Source: an uncultured Candidatus Saccharibacteria bacterium
GTDB lineage: Bacteria; Patescibacteriota; Saccharimonadia; Saccharimonadales; CAZJQT01
DNA length: 64,000 nt
Assembly: GCA_964604415.1 (NCBI GenBank)
Contig: CAZRYT010000001.1
Coordinates: forward strand, 4,818-68,817
Reading direction: 5' to 3'
Shown here: piece by piece, positions 1-9,143 of the stretch
Layout: each line of letters begins with the position of its first letter
Position numbering within the stretch: position 1 is the stretch's first letter
The notes under the pieces: generated by a model
What the model was told of the DNA's origin: nothing
What the model saw: the letters and a program-made list of their open reading frames with translations, nothing else
Database searches by the model: none
Made by a program: the position numbers and the translations under genes

Positions 1-251
1 GCCTTGGTCTGAGCGGCGCTGAAATACAGTTGTTCGATAGCGTGCTCTAAAAATTCGCTCTGCAATACATTTGGGTCAATGTTTTTCTCGACTATTTCTG
101 AGGGTACATGACCAGCTCGGAAACCTGGCACCTTAACGCTGTCTTTCAGATGAGACAGAACTTGGCTTTTGATTGGCGTTAACTCGACCTCAGTAGCGTT
201 AACTACTAATTCCAAGCTAGTCTTAGTTAGATTGGTGGCTTTGATTTGCAT
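1..251 (-). CDS. tig: Trigger factor, N-terminal ~83 codons (gene runs off the left edge)
   Basis: Absent from the ORF track because it is truncated. Minus-strand translation from ATG 251-249 gives MQIKATNLTKTSLELVVNATEVELTPIKSQVLSHLKDSVKVPGFRAGHVPSEIVEKNIDPNVLQSEFLEHAIEQLYF... This carries the VPGFRxGxxP signature of the trigger-factor ribosome-binding domain. Confidence 0.75.
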   Translation of the reverse strand, partial: MQIKATNLTKTSLELVVNATEVELTPIKSQVLSHLKDSVKVPGFRAGHVPSEIVEKNIDPNVLQSEFLEHAIEQLYFSAAQTK

Positions 252-265
252 AAGGGGTGATTTTA

Positions 266-724
266 TCAGACTACAAGTGTTTTTGCCAGCAGGACAAGCA
301 GAACGCCAGCGTAAGCAAGTTCGACAAAGATGCCCCAACTACGTTCGCCCCATTGGATAAAGTCATGAAAGCGTGATAGCCAGTCTGTATCAGGCGCTGT
401 ATTGCCGGTCTTTAAGTAGCGTATGTAGCGGGGTATTTGCAGCAAATCAGGGCTAGCGCACAAGACGCCACCCAGTACAATGATCTGCCAATGCACCGGT
501 TGTAAAAACACCAAACTGAGCAAGACGGCGCCGGCTAGAGCAGCATCAATTGGAAGTAGCCATTTCAAATTAGCGAAGGCTTTGGCTGGATTGTACTTAT
601 CACCATAGTGTGGCAAGGCATCTATGACAAAATGTGCCAGTAATGCTAAGGGCAAAGCGACCCATACTTGGTGGACGCTTGCTGCAATAACTGCCCCCGT
701 CAGAACGTGATTGGTGGCAGTCAT
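266..724 (-). CDS. Integral membrane protein, YdjM/DUF457-like putative metal-dependent hydrolase
   Basis: 152-aa ORF with about 4 hydrophobic helices. N-terminal NHxxTG and HFVIDALPH His/Asp motifs are typical of DUF457. Its ATG overlaps the hisS stop (ATGA). Confidence 0.45.
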   Translation of the reverse strand: MTATNHVLTGAVIAASVHQVWVALPLALLAHFVIDALPHYGDKYNPAKAFANLKWLLPIDAALAGAVLLSLVFLQPVHWQIIVLGGVLCASPDLLQIPRYIRYLKTGNTAPDTDWLSRFHDFIQWGERSWGIFVELAYAGVLLVLLAKTLVV

Positions 725-2040
725 TTTTTACGATGGTCTTTGACCGCGCTAACGATGCGCTGCAAAGAATGCTTCTCTTCAACACCAGTCTTTAGGTTTT
801 TCAGAGTAAATTGCTGATCCTCTAGCTCTTTATCGCCTATGAAAAGGATATAGTTGATGCCCTTTTTATCGGCGCTTTTAATCTGTCTATCTAGTTTACG
901 GCCGGTATAGTCTACGGCGGCGTTGATGCCCATTTCGCGTAGTTCTTTAACTACTCGCACGGCCGGCTCAAAAACGTCACCCAGCATAATGACGTACAAG
1001 TCGGTTTCGACGCGTAGCTCCGGTACTAGATTATTGACCTCCAAAAAGTTCTGCAGAGGGATATCACCCATACCAAAACCAACCGTCGGCACGGGCTCGA
1101 CGCCAAACATCGCTATTAAGCCATCGTAGCGGCCACCGCCAAACATACTACGGTTGTTTTCGGGGTTAGTATCAAAAACCTCGAATGTTATATCTGTGTA
1201 GTAGTCAAAGCCACGCATCAAGCTGGGGTCAAATTGAATATTAGTTATATTTGCTTTGTTAAGTTGACTAATAAGCTCCGTAAGCTCTTTCGTTGACGAC
1301 AATTGCTGCAAACTATCTGGTAGCGACTCAATTTTGTCAGTATCAAGAAACTGCAATAATTGCTGACTGGTGCCATTGTCACGCTGGCTGGGGCTAAAAA
1401 CCGACTCAACTAAAGCGTTAAATTCAGTTGACTCAATCTTGGCACGCTTATCTATTAGTTTCCTGAGAGTGTTAGTTTGCGTTTCATCAAGCTTGAGGAT
1501 ATTTAGTAAAAACTCGTCAACTAATTTGCGGCTATTAACCTTGATCTCGTAACTGGCGCGTTTAGCACCAAAAGATTGCATAACGGCGTCAGCTACCTGG
1601 ATTATCTCCATATCAGCCTTGGAATCATCTACGCCAAAAATGTCAACATTGAGCTGATAGAACTCCCGGCCGCGCCCCCGTTGGGTGCGCTCGTAGCGCC
1701 AACACTGTGGGATCGAATACCAACGCAGTGGATATGCCAGTTCTTGGCGCCTCGCAGCCACCATGCGGCTAACCGATGGTGTCATTTCGGTGCGGACAAT
1801 TAGTTTGCGTTCGCCACGATCTTCAAAACTATAGGTCTGTTCGTTTATGATTTCCTCGTTGCCTTTACTTAGAAATAGCTCAATCGGTTCTAAGATAGGC
1901 GAATCATACTCCTCGTAACCAAAACGCTCACAGACTTCACGCCACTTCGTAAAGATATATTTTTGTAGACGCTCGTCCTCCGGGTAGAAGTCGCGCGCAC
2001 CTTTGATTGGTTGGGTAGACAAAGTCATATTTTTCTCCAT
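721..2040 (-). CDS. hisS: Histidine--tRNA ligase
   Basis: 439-aa ORF with class II HisRS motifs (GARDFYPED, RYERTQRGRGREFYQ, GGGRYD) and a C-terminal anticodon-binding domain. An alternative ATG at 2028 is preceded by GGAG. The ATG at 2040 is preceded by GATAAT with a 6-nt gap. Confidence 0.95.
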   Translation of the reverse strand: MEKNMTLSTQPIKGARDFYPEDERLQKYIFTKWREVCERFGYEEYDSPILEPIELFLSKGNEEIINEQTYSFEDRGERKLIVRTEMTPSVSRMVAARRQELAYPLRWYSIPQCWRYERTQRGRGREFYQLNVDIFGVDDSKADMEIIQVADAVMQSFGAKRASYEIKVNSRKLVDEFLLNILKLDETQTNTLRKLIDKRAKIESTEFNALVESVFSPSQRDNGTSQQLLQFLDTDKIESLPDSLQQLSSTKELTELISQLNKANITNIQFDPSLMRGFDYYTDITFEVFDTNPENNRSMFGGGRYDGLIAMFGVEPVPTVGFGMGDIPLQNFLEVNNLVPELRVETDLYVIMLGDVFEPAVRVVKELREMGINAAVDYTGRKLDRQIKSADKKGINYILFIGDKELEDQQFTLKNLKTGVEEKHSLQRIVSAVKDHRKK

Positions 2041-2082
2041 TCTACCATTATCTCTAATGGTTTAGTTATAGTTGTTTCTGGG

Positions 2083-2112
2083 TATTAAAAACGCCGGAGC
2101 GTGTCCGGCGTT
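2083..2112 (-). terminator. Rho-independent terminator downstream of tRNA-Leu
   Basis: On the minus strand, AACGCCGGA-CACGC-TCCGGCGTT forms a perfect 9-bp stem followed by TTTAATA. Confidence 0.6.
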
Positions 2113-2226
2113 AGATTTTCTAAGACAATAGTTAACTAACCGACAAGCTCCGGTGATGTATGCGAATGAAGTTGGGAAGTTATTAAAACCATACTGTTAT
2201 CCTAACACTTTTTAGGTATTTGTAAA

Positions 2227-2310
2227 TGGTGCGCGAGAGAGGACTTGAACCTCCATGCCTTGCGGCACTAGCTCCTAAGGCTAGCGTGTCTACCATTTCA
2301 CCACTCGCGC
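2227..2310 (-). tRNA. tRNA-Leu (anticodon TAG), CCA encoded
   Basis: The reverse complement folds as a type II cloverleaf of 84 nt. Acceptor stem GCGCGAG/CTCGCGC. D arm GTG-AAATGGTAGA-CAC. Anticodon stem CTAGC/GCTAG with loop CTTAGGA. Long variable arm TGCCGCAAGGCAT. T arm GGAGG-TTCAAGT-CCTCT. It ends in ACCA. Confidence 0.9.
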
Positions 2311-2364
2311 ACGCTCGCGTCATTATATGTAAATTTTACAGAAGGTGCTAGACTGTAATTAATT

Positions 2365-3027
2365 ATGGCTAAAGACAGAGCAGATGGCAAAACTCTACCT
2401 ACTGCCTTTTCATTATTTAAACCCAGCTTAAATTCTGTTTTGAAAAACTGGGATAGCTTCTTTATCTTCGCGCTCGTTCCAGCTATATACAGCCAATTCG
2501 TAAGCCGGCTTTTTAACTCTAAAGTGATCGACTCGTTTGAAACCCTCAAATCAATCAATCATATTGGCTTGTATGTCGCAGTCCTAGTCGTAGTTAGCCT
2601 ATTAACTCTGCCTATTATCCCTTATTTGCAGCTTAGGAGTGCACAAAATAAACGCATAGCTCCCATGAAAGCATTCAATGAAGGCGTGCCTTTTTTTTGG
2701 AGGCTGTTAGGTCTGGGTTTGATAGTTGGCCTGATGGTTTTTGCTGGTATTTTGCTGTTTATCATACCTGGACTAATTGTCATCAGACGCTATATTTTGG
2801 CGCCGTATTATCTAATAGACCAGAACTTGTCGATTAGTGAAGCCATGAAAAAAAGTGCCGAACAATCCAAGCACCATTCGGTGGCCATCTGGTACGTCAT
2901 AGGTGTTAACGGCCTTTTGAGCTTGACTGCGATCGTGCCGGTGGTCGGTGCCGTAGTTAGTCTATTATTAACCACTGCCTACAGTTGCGCATTGCCCTAC
3001 CGTTATTTGCAAATATCTAAAGCCTAA
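2365..3027 (+). CDS. Polytopic membrane protein, function unknown
   Basis: 220-aa ORF with 5-6 predicted hydrophobic helices and no catalytic motif recognised. Confidence 0.6.
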   Translation: MAKDRADGKTLPTAFSLFKPSLNSVLKNWDSFFIFALVPAIYSQFVSRLFNSKVIDSFETLKSINHIGLYVAVLVVVSLLTLPIIPYLQLRSAQNKRIAPMKAFNEGVPFFWRLLGLGLIVGLMVFAGILLFIIPGLIVIRRYILAPYYLIDQNLSISEAMKKSAEQSKHHSVAIWYVIGVNGLLSLTAIVPVVGAVVSLLLTTAYSCALPYRYLQISKA

Positions 3028-3557
3028 GTCTTTTTATAAACTTTTAGAACTGCATCGCCGTAAGATTTGTCGGCGGCCAGAGTGTAGCCAGTGTCTGATA
3101 GTGCAAAATTTGAAGTTGGTGGCAATGAGTAGACGATGACGCCGCCTGACTCTAAATAATTTGCTAATTTTTCCAGCAACTCCGAGCGCAAATCGTCATA
3201 TGGCGGATCACAAAAAATAACATCAAACCGTTTATAAGAGTTGTTTTCCAGCCAGCTATTGATATTGGCTTTGCTTGCCTTGGCCGAACCTCGTAAATCA
3301 AAACTGCGTATATTGTCAGTTATCGCCTGGAAAGCATTTTTATCATTATCAATTAGTGTGGCGTGAACGGCACCACGGCTAATAGCCTCTAGGCCAAGTG
3401 CGCCACTGCCGGCAAAAGCGTCCAGCACCTCAAGGCCCTCAATATCTCCCAGCAAGTTGAAGATCGCGCCGCGGACCTTCTCGCTCATTGGATGGGTTCT
3501 GTTACCGCGGGGGCTATCAAAAGTCCGGCCACCAAAACGGCCGGCAATTATCCTCAT
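3024..3557 (-). CDS. rsmD: 16S rRNA (guanine966-N2)-methyltransferase RsmD
   Basis: 177 aa. N-terminal MRIIAGxxGGR, SAM-binding LDAFAGSGALGLEAISRGA, and a DPPY catalytic motif. Confidence 0.9.
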   Translation of the reverse strand: MRIIAGRFGGRTFDSPRGNRTHPMSEKVRGAIFNLLGDIEGLEVLDAFAGSGALGLEAISRGAVHATLIDNDKNAFQAITDNIRSFDLRGSAKASKANINSWLENNSYKRFDVIFCDPPYDDLRSELLEKLANYLESGGVIVYSLPPTSNFALSDTGYTLAADKSYGDAVLKVYKKT

Positions 3558-3559
3558 GG

Positions 3560-4369
3560 CTAAACTTGCCCAGCTTTTACCAAGGCGTCATACCAAACTA
3601 AAGTCACGGTTTTGACCATCAGCGGTCCAAGCTGATGCCGAACCTGATAAGCTAGCTTAGGCGTCCAACCTTTATCTATAAACTTACTGTACATATCCAA
3701 GACACCAATCTCGCGGGCAATGTGCTTAAAATACTCGACTGACCCCAATTCTGCGATTGTCTCCAGATCGGATGCTTGTGGTGCGGTATCTTTGAAACTA
3801 AGGGGTTTTAGCAGTGTGGCCACACCCATCTCAAACATACCATGAGATACAACCAGGCCCTTAGCCCCCCACATTTTCCAATTGTTTCGCAACTTTTCGG
3901 CGGCTGTATCGCCTGGGATCACCCATTTCTCCTTAATTGTTACGCGTGTTTCGAGCCCTTTGCCACCACGTAGCTCACTAAGTGCTTCCTCGTACGGATA
4001 GTGATGAGCCGGCGTTAGGCCATCAACTAAAGCGTGAGCTAACCATGCCGCTTCGAAGGCGGCTTTCTCTTGGTTCTTGGCCTTGAGTTCCTTGACCAAG
4101 TTCTGGAAATGGCTATCAATGAGGTCAAACATCTCCTTGTGAGTGTCATCAAAAGGATTGAAATAGTGCCACGGCTCGTCCTTGGCTGGACTTTTACGTT
4201 TAATGGCGTCAGGGCCGTTTTTGCCCTCAAAATGTAGAATGTTTTTTGTTAACGGGAAGCTAGATGCTGGCGCGATCAGCTTGAGTTGCTTGCGAGCAAC
4301 TCGATCAATCTTTTGGTGCGTACCTAACAAACGCCCGGAAAACCTAGTCAACGTTAAACCTGAATACAT
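3560..4369 (-). CDS. Hypothetical protein (His-rich HALVDGLTPAHH motif; possible metal-dependent hydrolase)
   Basis: 269-aa ORF packed tightly between recG and rsmD. No family assigned with confidence. Confidence 0.5.
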   Translation of the reverse strand: MYSGLTLTRFSGRLLGTHQKIDRVARKQLKLIAPASSFPLTKNILHFEGKNGPDAIKRKSPAKDEPWHYFNPFDDTHKEMFDLIDSHFQNLVKELKAKNQEKAAFEAAWLAHALVDGLTPAHHYPYEEALSELRGGKGLETRVTIKEKWVIPGDTAAEKLRNNWKMWGAKGLVVSHGMFEMGVATLLKPLSFKDTAPQASDLETIAELGSVEYFKHIAREIGVLDMYSKFIDKGWTPKLAYQVRHQLGPLMVKTVTLVWYDALVKAGQV

Positions 4370-4378
4370 AACGACATC

Positions 4379-6415
4379 CTAGTTTAGATTGGTAACACTG
4401 CGCAGATGAGCTATGCGCTTATGAAGACGCTTGTATTTTAGCAGATCCTCTTTGCTATCAATGAACTCTTGGGCCGCCTGACGGGCATCGGCAATCAGCT
4501 TGGTGTCGGACAATTTAGCCACCCTAAGGTCAAGTTCACCATGCTGCATTGTGCCATAGATTGCACCCGGACCGCGCAGTTCTAGATCGTATTCAGCCAA
4601 CTTAAAGCCATCACTAGAGCTAGCCACCATCTTGAGCCGCCTGGATGGTTCCCGACTATCAGATAGCATCAAATAGCAGTAACCTTGCTGTTCGCTACGG
4701 CCAACCCGACCACGCAGCTGATGGATCTGCGCCAGTCCAAAGCGCTCAGGGCTTTCCAGCAACATGATGCTGGCGTTGGGCACATCAACACCCACTTCAA
4801 TAACGGTGGTAGTAACTAACAAATCCAACTCACGGTTAATAAATTTCTGCATCAGATTGTCTTTTTCGTCAGCTTTCAGTCGGCCATGCAGTAACCCCAA
4901 CCGATATTTCTTGAATGGGCCAGCTTTGAGCTCAGCATAAACTTTCTCAGCCGACTTGGCGTCTAGCACTTCAGATTCCGCTATCAGCGGACAAACCACA
5001 AAAACTTGGCGACCAGCGTCAATTTCTTGTTTTAAATGATCATAAGTTTTGACACGGTCAGTGGGCAGAACTAGTTTGGTTATGATGGCCTTTCTATTAG
5101 CTGGTTTTTGAGTGATGACAGATATGTCGAGTTCACCGTACAGGGTTAGCGCCAGACTACGTGGGATTGGCGTAGCGGTTAGGCTCAACACATGGGGTGC
5201 ATGGCCAGCTTTAGCCAGCAGTTTCTTGCGTTCTTCAACGCCAAAACGGTGTTGTTCGTCGATGACAACTAGTCCAAGTTTCTGCATATCGACTTTTTCG
5301 GCAATCAAGGCGTGGGTACCAACCATAAAACGCACATCACCCTTCCTTATACGTTCTTGAGCAGTTTTTTTCTGAGCGGGCTTAAGACTACCTATCAACA
5401 AACTAACTTGGTCAGCATAGCCCAGTGGTTCGAGAAGTTTGTAGATAGTATCAGCGTGTTGTCGGGCCAATAGCTCAGTTGGCGCCATAAAGGCCACCTG
5501 GAAGCCTTGCTCCATGGCCATCAGCGCGGCCATAGTAGCTACAACCGTCTTGCCTGAACCAACGTCGCCTTCAACCAAACGGTTCATCGGGTGAGGCTTT
5601 TGCAGGTCTAGGTAAATCTGCCAGACAGTTTTACGCTGAGCATCAGTTAGTTTAAACGGTAGATGTGACACAAAATCTTTGGCCAACTTTTCTTTAAACG
5701 GTATTTCTAATGAATGTTCTTGGAGCAGCTCGTACTTATTTAGTAGCGCTGCTAGGCTGAGCTGGAAGACCTCCTCAAAGCCCAGCCGCCGTTTAGCTTC
5801 AGCTAACTCCTCGGCTCCTAGCGGGAAATGCATCATTTCGTAGGCCTTGGCACGGCTCGTTAGTTGGTTCTGGCTGATAACCCAAGCTGGCAGAGTTTCT
5901 GGCAGTTTTCTTATTAATGGCGTCACTTCACGCAGCAATTTACGGATTTGGTGAGATTTAAAGCCTCTGGTTTCACGGTAGATAGGCACAATTCTAGCTG
6001 TGCTAACTGGAAAGTCACTGACTAGCTCTACAGATGCGTTTAGAATGCTGTGTTTTGGCCCACTACCTTGAAATTCACCAGATATAAAGTATTCGGCATC
6101 GGGTTTTAGGCCAGCTGCCCGGTACGGTTGGTTGAACCAAATCAGCCGTACACTGCCAGTTTGGTCGGATGCCACGGCTTCAGTAATGTGCAAACCGCGG
6201 CGCACATAACGACCCTTAGCTTGCTTTATGACTACCTTAAGCGAGACTGGGCCTGGCCTGATCTGGCTAATAGTCTGGATATTAGAATAATCATCATAAC
6301 GGCGCGGCAAATAATCAATTAATTCGCCAACTGTCTTGATACCAAGAATATTTAATTTCTTAGCAACTTCCGCGCCTACACCCTTAACATCCTTGATCGG
6401 ATCATCCAAAGTCAT
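4379..6415 (-). CDS. recG: ATP-dependent DNA helicase RecG
   Basis: 678 aa. N-terminal wedge/OB domain, Walker A GDVGSGKT, DEQHRFG (DEAH-type) motif, and C-terminal helicase motifs QLRGRVGR. Confidence 0.95.
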   Translation of the reverse strand: MTLDDPIKDVKGVGAEVAKKLNILGIKTVGELIDYLPRRYDDYSNIQTISQIRPGPVSLKVVIKQAKGRYVRRGLHITEAVASDQTGSVRLIWFNQPYRAAGLKPDAEYFISGEFQGSGPKHSILNASVELVSDFPVSTARIVPIYRETRGFKSHQIRKLLREVTPLIRKLPETLPAWVISQNQLTSRAKAYEMMHFPLGAEELAEAKRRLGFEEVFQLSLAALLNKYELLQEHSLEIPFKEKLAKDFVSHLPFKLTDAQRKTVWQIYLDLQKPHPMNRLVEGDVGSGKTVVATMAALMAMEQGFQVAFMAPTELLARQHADTIYKLLEPLGYADQVSLLIGSLKPAQKKTAQERIRKGDVRFMVGTHALIAEKVDMQKLGLVVIDEQHRFGVEERKKLLAKAGHAPHVLSLTATPIPRSLALTLYGELDISVITQKPANRKAIITKLVLPTDRVKTYDHLKQEIDAGRQVFVVCPLIAESEVLDAKSAEKVYAELKAGPFKKYRLGLLHGRLKADEKDNLMQKFINRELDLLVTTTVIEVGVDVPNASIMLLESPERFGLAQIHQLRGRVGRSEQQGYCYLMLSDSREPSRRLKMVASSSDGFKLAEYDLELRGPGAIYGTMQHGELDLRVAKLSDTKLIADARQAAQEFIDSKEDLLKYKRLHKRIAHLRSVTNLN

Positions 6416-6430
6416 AGTACTAGTATAGCT

Positions 6431-6982
6431 TTATGCTTTTACAGCTGTTTGTTGTTCAATACTATCCAGGATTTTGACAATATCGCCCCACTCTTCGGTC
6501 TCAATCCCTATACTATGTGGCAAACCGTGGGCATTTCTGCCTACGTAGCCAGATTCTTGTATGTAATATGCTTCTTCAATTGGCTCTGTTTGTACCTCAT
6601 CCGAAGCGATGCGCAAGTCAATACCGATACGGTTGAATACCAGATCATATTCTTTCATATCGTCATTTACTAAATCCAAGTTATAGACTTTGGTTAATCT
6701 TGCCTGCATTTCGCCACCGTCATACTCACCAACTCCGAACCAGCCAAAGACATGTCTTCTGTAGTCAAGGCCTCTTTTCTCAAAATCAAAAGTTCCGTGT
6801 GAGGTTAATGAGTCTGCTAGTCCTATCGCTCTTTGCGCCAATTCAATTTTTGCTTGTTTAATGGCTTCTTCTTGACGATTCCTGGCATCAATCTCTGCCA
6901 TTTGTCTGGCTCGCGCATCTTTTGTAATTTTTTCTTGTTTCGCCGCGTCAAATTGTTTTCTAAGTAGCGTAAATGATTCCAT
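6431..6982 (-). CDS. Hypothetical cytoplasmic protein (N-terminal coiled coil)
   Basis: 183-aa ORF with no signal peptide and no recognisable motif. Confidence 0.5.
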   Translation of the reverse strand: MESFTLLRKQFDAAKQEKITKDARARQMAEIDARNRQEEAIKQAKIELAQRAIGLADSLTSHGTFDFEKRGLDYRRHVFGWFGVGEYDGGEMQARLTKVYNLDLVNDDMKEYDLVFNRIGIDLRIASDEVQTEPIEEAYYIQESGYVGRNAHGLPHSIGIETEEWGDIVKILDSIEQQTAVKA

Positions 6983-7034
6983 ACTTTTAATAATCCGACT
7001 TCTTTTTGCTCAATGCAAGCATGAGCGTAAACAA

Positions 7035-7793
7035 CTACTGGGCTTTTTTGACGAGGAAAAAGACACTTGGCCCAAAATAGGTTTTGGCTAGAGTTGGCTG
7101 CATCAGCTTCTCGGCACTCAGCATTAGTCCTCTGGGTACAACTTTTTTGAGAACTGGACTACGTAGGTTGGACACTGATAGAACTTTATCCACTTTGAGT
7201 CCGGCATGAGCTAGCTGTTTGATGACAGTCTTGGGGTTGTGATTAACAAAAGGTATTTCATCCTCGCGCTGGTTTTTGGCCGAACGGATATCAACTGGTT
7301 CTTGGGGTAAACGTTTATTACGCAAAAAATACTTAAGTCGGTTCCTGAAATGGGCAAAGTTAGCAACCTCTAGAATCAGATAACCATCATCACTTAGAAC
7401 CCGGTGTAGCTCGCTGAGTTCAGGCACCGGGTTTGGCAAGTGGTGCATGACACGGATCATAGTAATGAGGTCAAAGGACTTGTCAGCAAAGTCCAGTTTG
7501 TCAGCCTGTGTTAGCTTGCGCTCAATTTCCGGATGATCTTTTAGGTAATCCTTGGCAATATCGAGCTGTTGCTGTGACGGTTCGGCCAAGGTGACTTTAT
7601 CGGCGTAATCTTCTAATAGCACACAGAGTCGTCCGTAACCACCGCCAACGTCTACGGCATTTTTGAAGTGCTTGCCTTTTAACAGTCTTCTGATGGCCAT
7701 TTCCTCAGCCGCGTTTTCATAGTCGCGACCACGCCAATAGTGCAAATAGTTATGTTTGGGATCGTTATATTGGTCAGCTTTTTTGTTAGCCAT
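7035..7793 (-). CDS. Class I SAM-dependent methyltransferase
   Basis: 252 aa. Motif I VDVGGGYGR, followed by an acidic post-I residue and the FDLIT motif. Confidence 0.8.
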   Translation of the reverse strand: MANKKADQYNDPKHNYLHYWRGRDYENAAEEMAIRRLLKGKHFKNAVDVGGGYGRLCVLLEDYADKVTLAEPSQQQLDIAKDYLKDHPEIERKLTQADKLDFADKSFDLITMIRVMHHLPNPVPELSELHRVLSDDGYLILEVANFAHFRNRLKYFLRNKRLPQEPVDIRSAKNQREDEIPFVNHNPKTVIKQLAHAGLKVDKVLSVSNLRSPVLKKVVPRGLMLSAEKLMQPTLAKTYFGPSVFFLVKKAQ

Positions 7794-7816
7794 TACGATG
7801 TAGCAGTATAGCAGAG

Positions 7817-9052
7817 CTAGCTTAGGTTGATGATGGCAAAGCTGTTTTTGCCACGCTTAAGCAGGTTGGCGCCTTTTCTAAAGCCGTCTTCGGTTGGTGT
7901 CCTCTGGCCATTTATAGAGATTGCCCCGGAATTTATAAAATTATTGGCTTCGGTATTAGAACTTGCAAGTCCGCCGTTAACCAAAATAGACGTTAGACTA
8001 TCCGTTTTATTGGCATTAACTACTGGTAATTCCGCTGATAACATAGTGACTTCGTCATGTGTCAGCTCTAGGAATGAGCCTTTGCCAAACAAAACCTCAC
8101 TAACGCGCTTGACCGCCTTAGCTTTGTCTTGGCCATGCACTAAACTTGTAGTCTCGTAGGCCAGAGTCTTTTGGGCTAGACGACTAGCTTTGTCAGCCTC
8201 AAACTCTTTCATGAGTTTGCTGTGCTCAGCTTGGTCAAGCTGGGTGTAGATCTTCAAGTAATCACCAACGCCTTCGTCATCAACGTTTAACCAGAATTGG
8301 TAAAACTTGTAAACACTCGTCATTTCAGGATCAAGCCAAACTGCACCGTCTTCACTTTTGCCAAATTTCTTTCCGTTTGTCTTATTAACTACCAGGGGCG
8401 CGGACCAAACATGCGCCTCGGTACCATTAATACGCCGCATCAAATCCACACCCGCTATACTGTTTCCCCATTGATCTGAACCACAAAGTTGCAGAGTAAC
8501 GCCCATTTCTTTGTTCATATACAAAAAGTCATAAGCCTGTATGAGCACATAGCTAAATTCGGCATAACTTATGCCAGCACCATCTTCACTCAAACGAGTT
8601 TCTACAAAATCTCTGCCAAGCATTTGCCGCATTGGAACGTGTTTGCCGACTTCGCGCAAAAACTGAAGATATCCCATATCTTTAAACCAATCGTAGTTAT
8701 CAACTAAGGTAAAGTTATCTCCAAATAACTGCTTGTATTGCCCGGAAATAGCTCGTTTGTTTGCGGAAATTTCATCTAAGGTCTTGAGTGTGCGTTCTTC
8801 GTCTTTGCCATCTGGGTCACCAATCATACCTGTGGCACCACCAATCAGCAGGATGGCTTTGTGCCCATGATCAATAAAATGCCTAATCATCATCATGATA
8901 GCTAAGTTACCAATTTGCATAGATTTGGCGCTGGGGTCCACGCCCAGGTAAAACGTTATCGGTTTGCCGTCCAGCGCAGCTATGTCTTTATAGGTTGTCT
9001 GATTGACGAAACCACGCCATTTCAACTCTTCTGAGAGGGTCATTTTGGTCAT
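7817..9052 (-). CDS. tyrS: Tyrosine--tRNA ligase (HIGH motif replaced by QIGN)
   Basis: 411 aa, colinear with bacterial TyrRS (GGATGMIGDP, GSDQWGN, KFGKS, C-terminal S4-like domain). The expected HIGH position reads SMQIGNL. Confidence 0.9.
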   Translation of the reverse strand: MTKMTLSEELKWRGFVNQTTYKDIAALDGKPITFYLGVDPSAKSMQIGNLAIMMMIRHFIDHGHKAILLIGGATGMIGDPDGKDEERTLKTLDEISANKRAISGQYKQLFGDNFTLVDNYDWFKDMGYLQFLREVGKHVPMRQMLGRDFVETRLSEDGAGISYAEFSYVLIQAYDFLYMNKEMGVTLQLCGSDQWGNSIAGVDLMRRINGTEAHVWSAPLVVNKTNGKKFGKSEDGAVWLDPEMTSVYKFYQFWLNVDDEGVGDYLKIYTQLDQAEHSKLMKEFEADKASRLAQKTLAYETTSLVHGQDKAKAVKRVSEVLFGKGSFLELTHDEVTMLSAELPVVNANKTDSLTSILVNGGLASSNTEANNFINSGAISINGQRTPTEDGFRKGANLLKRGKNSFAIINLS

Positions 9053-9104
9053 TTACAGACAGTATAACTTACCTTTGGTAAAAACGCTTGTACGCAGATA
9101 TTTT

Positions 9105-9113
9105 TGGTATAAT
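9105..9113 (+). promoter_or_regulatory. Extended -10 element (TGgTATAAT) upstream of the PBP gene
   Basis: TGGTATAAT lies 30 nt upstream of the ATG at 9144, in the tyrS/PBP divergent intergenic region. Confidence 0.4.
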
Positions 9114-9143
9114 AGTCTGGTTACATGCGAGTAATAACTACAC

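Noticed and set aside
6990-7030. The hairpin GCTCA-TGCTTGCAT-TGAGC between the methyltransferase gene and the 183-aa ORF, considered as a terminator.
   Set aside because: The stem is only 5 bp, and on the transcribed (minus) strand it is followed by A residues rather than U residues.
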